A stretch of 64,000 bases of DNA from an uncultured cyanobacterium. Lineage in GTDB: Bacteria > Cyanobacteriota > Cyanobacteriia > Cyanobacteriales > Nostocaceae. Under the pieces are notes generated by a model that saw only the letters and a list, made by a program, of their open reading frames with translations, was not told the origin of the DNA and made no database searches. Below are positions 53,822 to 62,316 of the stretch, one piece after another. Position 1 is the first letter of the stretch, and each line of letters begins with the position of its first letter. The DNA is taken from positions 480,001 to 544,000 of the forward strand of contig CAVUDP010000003.1 of the NCBI GenBank assembly GCA_963740315.1. Reading direction: 5' to 3'. Position numbers and translations under genes: made by a program.

Positions 53822-54610
53822 ATGATTGATTTTGTGTGGTTGATTTTGGCAGTTGGAGGGTTAATCAGCGGGATGATATCGGGGCTGCTGGGAATCGGTG
53901 GTGGTATTCTCACAATTCCGTTGATGGTTACATTAGGTTATACACCCGTTCAGGCGATCGCCACAAGCAGTCTTTTTATTGTGATTACTGCAATTACTGG
54001 AAGCGTGCAGAATTGGTTGATGGGTTATTTGAATTGGAAAAAAATCATTTATTTAGGAATTCCGGCTTTTTTAACTACTGGCATAGGAGTATATTTTGCT
54101 AACTTAATTCCACCCCACATCATTCTTTTTACTTTTGGCATTATCCTACTTGCTAACATTTATTTGATAGATTTACGCAAACAATTAGCTGCGGTGGAAG
54201 TAGAGAGTACAGAAGTAGTATTGTTTAATCCTGTAGTTTCTAGAATTGGCACTGGAGGATTGGCAGGAGTTTTAGCAGGTTTGTTTGGTTTGGGTGGCGG
54301 TACAATTATGGTACCCATGCAAATGTTGCTTTTAAAAGAAGAAATTAAAGTCGCTATTCAGACAAGTCTTGGTGTTATCGTCATCACAGCTTTAGTTGCC
54401 TGTATCGGACATACTTTGAAAGGAAATATTTTGTTTATTCCCGGTATAGTTTTAGCTTGTGGCGGTATTTTGGGAGCGCAAATAAGTACTCGAACATTAC
54501 CAAAGTTACCAGATTCAACTGTAAGTCTTGTCCTGCGTATTTTCTTAGGAATGCTATCAATATACATTTTTTGGGAAGCTTGGATCAACTATAAAATTAT
54601 TGGTATATAA
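53822..54610 (+). CDS. Sulfite exporter TauE/SafE family protein
   Basis: Two repeats of G.LG.GGG..VP and A..TS; 7-8 TMs; ATG 53822. Confidence 0.92.
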   Translation: MIDFVWLILAVGGLISGMISGLLGIGGGILTIPLMVTLGYTPVQAIATSSLFIVITAITGSVQNWLMGYLNWKKIIYLGIPAFLTTGIGVYFANLIPPHIILFTFGIILLANIYLIDLRKQLAAVEVESTEVVLFNPVVSRIGTGGLAGVLAGLFGLGGGTIMVPMQMLLLKEEIKVAIQTSLGVIVITALVACIGHTLKGNILFIPGIVLACGGILGAQISTRTLPKLPDSTVSLVLRIFLGMLSIYIFWEAWINYKIIGI

Positions 54611-54853
54611 AAGTAACACCATCATTCTAGTTTTTTGTTTGTAGTAAGGGCTTAAGCCCTTATTTTAATGTTTATTTTTAATTTTGAGGACGCACATTGC
54701 TGATTAAGAGCTAAAATCATAATTGCCAGTTAGGTAAATTTCAACTATTGCCTAAAATTTAGAAAGAAACTTATATATAGATGTAAATTTAAAATCTACT
54801 CAAACGATTATTTTAATTACCTACAACTAAAATTTGCTTTTAATTAACATCGA

Positions 54854-55069
54854 ATGACTTACATATTATTTTTAGCGATCGGCTTTACAATTATTTGGTT
54901 AGCGATAAAAATCAAAGAAGAAGTTATCCGAATATCAACTGTTATCGCAGGTACTTTAATTACAGTTTGGGGTTTTTCTTTAAGCCCCACACCTTTTCAA
55001 ATAGCAATTGAACTTGCAGGAGTCGTATCTGTTTTCTCTTTTTGCGTGCAATGTTGGAATAAGGATTAG
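54854..55069 (+). CDS. Small hydrophobic membrane protein
   Basis: 71 aa, three hydrophobic segments, EEV.R and SP..FQ pattern seen in small cyanobacterial membrane proteins. Confidence 0.65.
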   Translation: MTYILFLAIGFTIIWLAIKIKEEVIRISTVIAGTLITVWGFSLSPTPFQIAIELAGVVSVFSFCVQCWNKD

Positions 55070-55225
55070 GATGGGGAGACAAGGGGATGGGGAGACAAGG
55101 GGATGGGGGGAAGAATTATTAACTATTAATTATTAACTATCATCTCCTAATTATCTACTTTTAACTGGTAACTGGTAACTGGTAACTGTTCACTGCTAAC
55201 TGTTCACTGCTAACTGTTCAAAATA

Positions 55226-55996
55226 ATGTCATTAATAGAAGAAATTAATAACGCAAATGCTTTAATTGTTGGTGCTAGTCAAGGGATTGGTTTGGGTTTT
55301 GTCAAAGCTTTATTGCAAGATAATAATATTGCTAAAATTTACGCTACCTATCGCAATGGCGATCGCGATCGCGAATTAATTTCATTACAAAGCGAATATT
55401 CCCAAAAGTTAGTTTGTCTGCCAATGGATATTACTCAAGAGTCGCAAATATCCGCAGCAGTGGAAAAGATAAGCACGGAAACAGACAAGCTACATTTAGT
55501 AATTAACTGCGTGGGAATTTTACATGAAGGTGAAATGCAGCCCGAAAAAAGCCTGCGACAAATCAATCCTGAAAATTTGATGCGCTATTTCCAGGTAAAT
55601 AGTATCGGTGGAATTTTATTAGCTAAACACCTACAGCCTTTATTTAAACATAAAGAGAAAAATATTTTTGCCTGTATTTCTGCCAAGATAGGCAGTATCG
55701 GCGATAACCGTTTGGGTGGATGGTACGGTTATCGAGCATCGAAAGCTGCTTTAAATATGTTTATGCGAACTACGGCGATTGAATATAGCAGAAGATGCCC
55801 CAAAACTATCGTAGTTACCTTACATCCAGGTACTACAGATACCAACCTTTCCCAACCCTTTCAAAGTAACGTACCTACAGAAAAGTTATTCCCCGTCGAT
55901 CGCACTGTCAATCAATTACTGAGTGTTATCGCTAACCTGAAGCCAGAAGATAGCGGTGAGTTTTTCTCTTGGGATGGTAGCCGTTTGCCGTGGTGA
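55226..55996 (+). CDS. SDR family oxidoreductase (CsgA/C-factor-like)
   Basis: GASQGIG, SAKIGSIGDN..GGWYGYRASKAALN, LHPGTTDT. Confidence 0.93.
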   Translation: MSLIEEINNANALIVGASQGIGLGFVKALLQDNNIAKIYATYRNGDRDRELISLQSEYSQKLVCLPMDITQESQISAAVEKISTETDKLHLVINCVGILHEGEMQPEKSLRQINPENLMRYFQVNSIGGILLAKHLQPLFKHKEKNIFACISAKIGSIGDNRLGGWYGYRASKAALNMFMRTTAIEYSRRCPKTIVVTLHPGTTDTNLSQPFQSNVPTEKLFPVDRTVNQLLSVIANLKPEDSGEFFSWDGSRLPW

Positions 55997-56557
55997 AGGG
56001 GATGGGGAGATGGGGAGATAGGGAGATGGGGAGATGGGGAGATGGGGAGATGGGGAGATGGGGAGATGGGGAGATGGGGATAGGGGGAGAGGGGGTAGAG
56101 GGGGTAGAGGGGGAGATAGGGAGATGGGGAGAGGGGGAGATAGGGAGATGGGGAGATGGGTAGAGGGGGTAGAGGGGGTAGAGGGGGTAGAGGGGGTAGA
56201 GGGGGAGAGGGGGTAGTTAGATAGCGAGCGAGACGCTCGCACTACTAACTTCTATCTAATCCAAAACAAAAGCATCCGTTGTTAAAATCTAAAATTCTTA
56301 ACTCCTAACTCCTAACTCCTAACTCCTAACTCCTAACTCCTAACTCCTAACTCCTAACTGCTTACTGCTCACTGCTCACTGCTAACTCCTAACTGGTTAC
56401 TGCTAACTCCTAACTGGTTACTGCTAACTGGTTACTGCTAACTGCTCGCTGCTAACTGCTAACTGGTAACTGCTCACTGGTAACTGGTAACTGCTCACTG
56501 CTAACTGCTCACTGCTAACTGCTAACTGCTCACTGCTAACTGCTCGCTGCTCACTGC
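55997..56557. repeat. Large compound STRR array with central half-REP
   Basis: (GGGAGATG)n/(GGGGGTAGA)n, then GCGAGCGAGACGCTCGCACTAC at 56224, then (AACTCCT)n and (CTGCTAA/CTGCTCA/CTGGTAA)n. Confidence 0.95.
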
Positions 56558-57283
56558 TCACTGCTCGCTGTAAAGAATGTCCAGAGCAACGCTTGCTTGT
56601 ACTGTTTGATCGCTGCCAAGTATGGGGGTTGTTGTATCTCTGGCAAGGCTTGCTTCAAGTTGAAGGGGTTGAGGAATCGGATTTGATGCACCAAGTGACA
56701 AAATTTCGATGCCAACAATTTGTTGGGGAACTAAATTTAATGTATTAAAAACAGTTTGAGCCTCGATTTGAGCTTGTTCAACCGCTTGACTAAGTGCTTG
56801 CAAACGTGCCTGCCCCAAGGCTTCATCTGAGGCTGAAAAGCTAATGTTTTGTACTAGATTTGCCCCTGCTCCAATAGCTGCATCGATCGCGGCTCCTGCT
56901 TCTTCGTTTGGCAATTCAAAGGAAAGGGTGTTGCTAGCTTGAAACCCAGTTAGCTCTCTAGTATCGTCTTCAAAGCTATAGATGGGAAACAATCGAACGG
57001 AGGTGGTTTGAAGTTCTTGGGCATCGAGATTTTCTAAGACATCTACTACATCCGCTGTCTGTTGAGCCGCCTGCTGTTGAGCTTCGGTTGCAGTTGCTGC
57101 TTCTACTTGAATCCCTAAATCAACTGTAGTAATGGTGGTGGGAACGGTAACTTCTCCAATACTTGTTACCTCTAATATGTTGCGATCGCCCTCTAAATTA
57201 CTAAGACTGATGCCACCAGTCAGAGGATCGCGATTTTCAATAGTAGAATCTTCAAGTCCGAGCAAAGAATCGTTTGCAAGCAT
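56558..57283 (-). CDS. SIMPL/DUF541 domain protein, acidic, no signal peptide
   Basis: LEVTSIGEV, LQTTSVRLFP.Y, GFQASNTL, IDAAI.AGAN.V..ISF, QTVQASV; ATG 57283. Confidence 0.85.
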   Translation of the reverse strand: MLANDSLLGLEDSTIENRDPLTGGISLSNLEGDRNILEVTSIGEVTVPTTITTVDLGIQVEAATATEAQQQAAQQTADVVDVLENLDAQELQTTSVRLFPIYSFEDDTRELTGFQASNTLSFELPNEEAGAAIDAAIGAGANLVQNISFSASDEALGQARLQALSQAVEQAQIEAQTVFNTLNLVPQQIVGIEILSLGASNPIPQPLQLEASLARDTTTPILGSDQTVQASVALDILYSEQ

Positions 57284-57683
57284 CTTATTTATCCCTGTTT
57301 TAATATTTTGATGCCATACTATCACCTCCCTACGATCGCTCGCGATTAAAATAAAATATATCTACCATTAGCAATACGGCGAGATATTTCTAAAGGTACA
57401 TTTATAAATTTACTACCGTGTATATACATATTGCCAATTTTGATTTAATTGAATTTTAGCCATGTATATACATATCATCGATCCGAATTAATAAGGTTCG
57501 TAGTAAGGGCTTCAGCCCTCCAGATTTAGGGTTGAATCCGGAGCGTAGAACCCGTCGCAATTAATGCAATCAATTATTAGTACTTCATTTCGTTAGTTTT
57601 GATGGGCAATAAGGTTTGTAGTAAGCGCCGTCTTCGCTCCGGAGAAGAGGGAACCGAAGCCCTTACTACGAACTCGATGTTCT

Positions 57684-58487
57684 TTATTTGCCTTCACCTC
57701 GTGCAAACATTTCAATAACTTCGCTGCGACTAAGTTGGTTTTCTTCAGCAATTAAAGCTAATTTTTCCCAAGCTGTATCTGTAAGTCTCATGGAGCGCAA
57801 GCGTTTTTGCTCGGTTTTATAATCTTGCTCAAATTTACCTGAATCGCTGCGGTTGCATCTATTGGATTTATGTTTTGTCGCTGAAACGCTTTGATTGCTG
57901 GTTAGTAGGTGAATCAAGTTGTCAATTAACCGATCTCGTTCGATTGGCATGATGTCTTTGCCGTGCAGCACTTCGCTTGTCATCACAAAATGCATAAATG
58001 TACCCATGTATATTCGGGCTGCGACTTCTGCATCGGGTAAATTTAATTCTTTGCGAGACTCGAAGAATTGAGTTAAATCCTGTAAAGCCGATTTTTTAAA
58101 GGTAGTTACGAAAGCCCTTGCTAATTGAGGGAAACGCCCCGACTCTCCGATAATTATCCGTAATAATCCTAACGCTTTTTCATCGCCCATCATCGCTTCT
58201 AACATACTGTTTGCCAAACGACGCAGCACAATGCTTACTTCTTCTTTGCTCGATCGCGCTTTCTGGGGATTAAATACCCTGTCATACTTCTGCTTCGTCA
58301 ATCGCTCGATTAAAGCTAAAAATAAAGTTTCTTTATCCTGAAAATAACTATATACCGTGGTTTTAGATACAGAGGCGGCGGCTGCAACTCCATCCATTGT
58401 TGTAGCTGCAAAGCCATGTACTAAAAATTCTTTTATTGCTCCTCGAAGAATAACTTCGGCTTTCTCTGGTAATTGTGTTTCTTTCAT
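57684..58487 (-). CDS. TetR/AcrR regulator with C-terminal ribbon-helix-helix-like extension
   Basis: GFAATTMDGVAAAASVSKTTVYSYFQDKETLF HTH, ESGRFP; tail RSMRLTDTAWEKL..IA....LSRSEVIE. Confidence 0.9.
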   Translation of the reverse strand: MKETQLPEKAEVILRGAIKEFLVHGFAATTMDGVAAAASVSKTTVYSYFQDKETLFLALIERLTKQKYDRVFNPQKARSSKEEVSIVLRRLANSMLEAMMGDEKALGLLRIIIGESGRFPQLARAFVTTFKKSALQDLTQFFESRKELNLPDAEVAARIYMGTFMHFVMTSEVLHGKDIMPIERDRLIDNLIHLLTSNQSVSATKHKSNRCNRSDSGKFEQDYKTEQKRLRSMRLTDTAWEKLALIAEENQLSRSEVIEMFARGEGK

Positions 58488-58647
58488 AAGTTAGCGCATT
58501 GGGAATGGGCATAGGAAAGAACCCCTCTCCAAACCTCTCCCCCATTAGGAGAAAGGCTTTAGAATCAAGCCTGCTTTCCTGTTCCCCTTGCAGGGAAGGG
58601 GCTAGGGGTTAGGTTCTTGAGAAATTCATTCTTTAGTTAGATACCCC

Positions 58648-58701
58648 TTGACATTATTGTACTATACAGTTTAGTTTGTAAACATAGCTAAACCGCTTAG
58701 T
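58648..58701 (+). promoter_or_regulatory. devB promoter with two TetR-type operator palindromes
   Basis: TTGACA (58648) N18 TAGTTT; ACTATAC-A-GTTTAGT (58661-58675) and GCTAAAC-C-GCTTAGT (58687-58701). Confidence 0.65.
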
Positions 58702-58733
58702 TCATTTTTATTATCGTATCCAGGAGGCACCCA

Positions 58734-60041
58734 ATGGTGCGCGATACAGCAGCAAATAGTGATGGTTTCTCGTTTAAACCCAGTTCTCGGCAACTATTGA
58801 TAATGGCGATCGCCGCAACAATTGGTGTTGGTGGTGTGACTGTTTACAGGCAATTTCAGACAGCGGAATCGAATGCAGCTAAAGAAGCTCAAGTTAGGGT
58901 GCCCGAAATAACTAGAGTAACTGCTTTGGGAAGTTTAGAACCCAAGGGAGAAATTGTTAAGGTGTCCGCACCGACATCTAGCCAAGAAAGTCGAGTCGAG
59001 CAACTGTTGGTTAAGGAAGGAGACAAAATCAAGGCTGGGCAGATTATTGCAATTCTCGATAACAAAGACAGACTGCAAGCTGATGTTGCCAAAGCCGAAC
59101 AACAGGTAAAAATTGCTCAAGCTAATTTAGCCAAGGTGAAAGCGGGAGCAAAAAGCGGTGATATTGCAGCGCAAAAAGCGACAATTGCCCGTTTAGAAGC
59201 GCAATTGGAAGGTGACAGAGCGACTCAAGTTGATACAGTAACTCGGTTGAAAGCGCAGTTAGAAGGTGATATTGCCGCGCAACAGGCAACTATCGAGAGA
59301 ATTGAGGCTGAATTGAGAAACGCAGAAGCCGAATATCGACGCTATCAGAAGCTATACAACGATGGTGCTATTTCTCTTTCGGTTTTTGATAGCAAACGTC
59401 TGGCAATGGAAACAGCCCAGAAACAATTAAGTGAAGCTTCAGCGGTACTCAAAAGAACTGAAGCGACAGGAATTAAGCGAGTCAGCGAAGCCGAAACCGC
59501 TTTGAGACGGATTAATAATACCGGAAGCAAGCAAATTAGCGAAGCCAGAGCTACATTAGACAGCGTTTCTGAAGTGCGCCCTGTAGATGTACAAGCAGCA
59601 GAAGCAGAAATTAGGGATGCTGTAGCGTCGGTAAATCAGGCAAAGGAGAAATTAAAACAAGTTTACGTGCGGAGTCCCCAAGCTGGTGAGGTGTTGGAAA
59701 TACATACCCGTGCGGGGGAAGTTGTTTCAAGTGACGGGATTGTCGAGATCGGAAAAACCAGTCAGATGTATGCAAGCGCGGAAGTTTATCAAACAGATAT
59801 TAGTAAAATCAAAGTCGGACAAAAGGCAAAAATTACCAGTAGTTCTTTACCAAATGAATTACAAGGAGAAGTGGAATGGATTGGTTCAAAAATACGTCGT
59901 CAAAACGTAATAAATACCGACCCCAGCGAGAATATTGATGCAAAAGTTGTAGAAGTTCGCATCAATTTGGATGAGAAATCTAGCGAGATAGCCAGCAAGT
60001 TTACTAATTTACAAATTGAAGTGGAAATCAGTTATCAGTGA
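58734..60041 (+). CDS. devB: DevB family ABC exporter membrane fusion protein
   Basis: VTALGSLEPKGE, long coiled coil, AEVYQTDI, DAKVVEVRI, TNLQ.EV. Confidence 0.9.
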   Translation: MVRDTAANSDGFSFKPSSRQLLIMAIAATIGVGGVTVYRQFQTAESNAAKEAQVRVPEITRVTALGSLEPKGEIVKVSAPTSSQESRVEQLLVKEGDKIKAGQIIAILDNKDRLQADVAKAEQQVKIAQANLAKVKAGAKSGDIAAQKATIARLEAQLEGDRATQVDTVTRLKAQLEGDIAAQQATIERIEAELRNAEAEYRRYQKLYNDGAISLSVFDSKRLAMETAQKQLSEASAVLKRTEATGIKRVSEAETALRRINNTGSKQISEARATLDSVSEVRPVDVQAAEAEIRDAVASVNQAKEKLKQVYVRSPQAGEVLEIHTRAGEVVSSDGIVEIGKTSQMYASAEVYQTDISKIKVGQKAKITSSSLPNELQGEVEWIGSKIRRQNVINTDPSENIDAKVVEVRINLDEKSSEIASKFTNLQIEVEISYQ

Positions 60042-60190
60042 TCAGTTATCAGTGAACAGTTATCAGTGAACAGTTATCAGTGAACAGTTATCAGTGAGCA
60101 GTTATCAGTGAACAGTTATCAGTGAACAGTTATCAGTGAGCGGTGAACAACTAACAACTAACAACTAACAACTAACAACTAACAACTAAC
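60029..60190. repeat. STRR array with 14-nt period (CAGTTAT-CAGTGAA)n followed by (AACAACT)n
   Basis: Direct reading; the array overlaps the devB stop codon. Confidence 0.9.
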
Positions 60191-60201
60191 AAATTGATAC
60201 T

Positions 60202-61383
60202 ATGGTTGGGTTTATTGAACGGTTACGGCGGCGAACTCCTTTGGGATGGCTGCAATTAAGTCATGAAAAAGGTCGCTTATTAGTGGCGATTTCGGGTATT
60301 GCTTTTGCTGATGTTTTGATGTTTATGCAGCTTGGCTTTCAAGGGGCTTTATTTAATAGCAATACCAAGCTGAATCGCTCTTTAAATGCAGATATTGTGT
60401 TGATTAGCCCCAAAGCTAAGAATATGCAGAGTCTATCTACATTTTCTCGACGAAGAATGTATCAAGCTAAGGACATAACTGGGGTGAAATCGGCGCAACC
60501 GATGTATGTCAATGTTGTGAAATGGAAGAATCCCCAAACTCAGCAAGAGACTTCAATTCAAGTTTTAGGAATTGAACCCGATCGACCACCTTTAGATTTG
60601 CCCGAATTAAAGCAACAATCACAATTGCTCAAACTACCTGATTCTTTTTTGTTTGATACAGGTACTAAGGGGCAATATGGCGAAGTTATAAAACAAGTTG
60701 AAGAAGGTAAAACTGTTAATACGGAAATTGAAGGGCGTACTGTAAATATTAGAGGACTATTCTTTTTAGGAACTTCCTTTGGTGCTGATGGTAATTTAAT
60801 TACTAGCGGAGATAATTTTTTAAGGATATTTGGTAAACGGCAAGCCAGCAGCATTAATTTAGCTTTGATTAATGTTGAACAAGGCTATGATGCTGTAGAA
60901 GTTGCAAGAGATTTAAAATATAGATTTAAAGATTTTGACGATATCCAAGTTCTTACCCACGAAGAATTTATTCAATTTGAAATGGACTTTTGGTCAAGAG
61001 AATCTCCCGTCGGCTTTATCTTTGGTTTGGGTACGGCAATGGGATTTATTGTAGGGGTAATTATTGTTTATCAAGTTCTTTCTACTGATGTTAACGCTCA
61101 TATGAAAGAATACGCCACATTTAAAGCAATGGGTTATCGCAATTTCTATTTATTAGGTGTGGTATTTGAAGAAGCTTTGATTTTAGCAATATTAGGTTTT
61201 ATTCCGGGTTCAGTAGTACCTTTAGGACTTTATCAATTAACAAAAAAAGCCACAAATCTACCGATCGCCATGACTGTAGGAAGAGCAATTACCGTGTTTA
61301 TTTTGACTGTAATTATGTGTGCCATTTCTGGAGCGATCGCAACTCGAAAAGTCCAGTCAGCAGATCCAGCGGATATGTTTTGA
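60202..61383 (+). CDS. devC: DevC family ABC transporter permease
   Basis: PLGWLQL, GIAFADVLMFMQLGF, EYATFKAMGY, ADPADMF. Confidence 0.92.
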   Translation: MVGFIERLRRRTPLGWLQLSHEKGRLLVAISGIAFADVLMFMQLGFQGALFNSNTKLNRSLNADIVLISPKAKNMQSLSTFSRRRMYQAKDITGVKSAQPMYVNVVKWKNPQTQQETSIQVLGIEPDRPPLDLPELKQQSQLLKLPDSFLFDTGTKGQYGEVIKQVEEGKTVNTEIEGRTVNIRGLFFLGTSFGADGNLITSGDNFLRIFGKRQASSINLALINVEQGYDAVEVARDLKYRFKDFDDIQVLTHEEFIQFEMDFWSRESPVGFIFGLGTAMGFIVGVIIVYQVLSTDVNAHMKEYATFKAMGYRNFYLLGVVFEEALILAILGFIPGSVVPLGLYQLTKKATNLPIAMTVGRAITVFILTVIMCAISGAIATRKVQSADPADMF

Positions 61384-61596
61384 CAGTGAGCAGTGAACAG
61401 TTAACAGTGAGCAGTGAGCAGTGAGCAGTGAACACTACGGAACTTTTAATTCCTAACTCCTAATTCCTTACTTTACTTTCTTCCCGCTTATCCGATTACC
61501 TATAAAATTTCTCCCCCCTCTACCCCCTCTCACTCATTTGGTAATCATAAAGCCGGGAAGGGAGTAATTCTTAATTCTTAACTCCTAACTATTCTT

Positions 61597-62298
61597 ATGT
61601 CTTCTGTAATTTCTATTCAAAATCTCGACCATTTTTTTGGTAAGGGTAAGCTCCGCAAGCAGGTATTATTTGATGTCAACTTGGAAATAAATGCTGGTGA
61701 AATTATCATTATGACGGGACCTTCTGGTTCTGGTAAAACGACTTTGTTAACTTTGGCTGGTGGTTTGCGATCGCCACAATCTGGTAGCTTAAAAGTGTTG
61801 GGTGAAGAACTTATTGGTGCTAGTGCGGGTAAGTTGACGCAAGCTAGACGCAGTAATGGTTACATCTTCCAAGCACATAATCTACACGGCAGTTTAACGG
61901 CTTTGCAAAATGTCAGGATGGGTTTGGAAGTACACAAAAGTATTTCTACAGCACAAATGATTTGCCGCTCGATTGAAATGCTGGAAGCGGTTGGATTGGG
62001 CGAACGTGTAAATTATTACCCAGATGACCTATCGGGGGGACAAAAGCAGAGGGTGGCGATCGCACGTGCTTTGGTTGCGGAACCTAAAATAGTTCTTGCT
62101 GATGAACCTACCGCAGCATTAGATAAAAAATCTGGTCGTGATGTGGTGGAGTTGATGCAGAGTCTTGCGAAAGAGAAAGGCTGCACCATTTTGCTGGTTA
62201 CTCACGATAACCGCATTCTTGATATTGCCGACAGGATTATATATATGGAAGATGGGCGTTTAGCAAAAAATCCCGATGTTGTTAGCAAAGTAGGGTGA
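61597..62298 (+). CDS. devA: DevA family ABC transporter ATP-binding protein
   Basis: GPSGSGKT, LSGGQKQRVAIARA, DEPTAALD, VTHDNRIL. Confidence 0.93.
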   Translation: MSSVISIQNLDHFFGKGKLRKQVLFDVNLEINAGEIIIMTGPSGSGKTTLLTLAGGLRSPQSGSLKVLGEELIGASAGKLTQARRSNGYIFQAHNLHGSLTALQNVRMGLEVHKSISTAQMICRSIEMLEAVGLGERVNYYPDDLSGGQKQRVAIARALVAEPKIVLADEPTAALDKKSGRDVVELMQSLAKEKGCTILLVTHDNRILDIADRIIYMEDGRLAKNPDVVSKVG

Positions 62299-62316
62299 TT
62301 GAATTTTGAAAGTAAA

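Noticed and set aside
55916..56242. ORFs 55916..56242, 56034..56216, 31141..31383, 52135..52353, 52198..52425, 13667..13873 and 2852..3157
   Set aside because: Translations of STRR arrays (PISPSP, GRWGDGEM, LLPTAYC, LTFNL); no coding evidence.
58734..62298. Assignment as the heterocyst glycolipid exporter devBCA orthologue
   Set aside because: The family has many paralogues and this copy is TetR-linked; the gene symbols denote family only.
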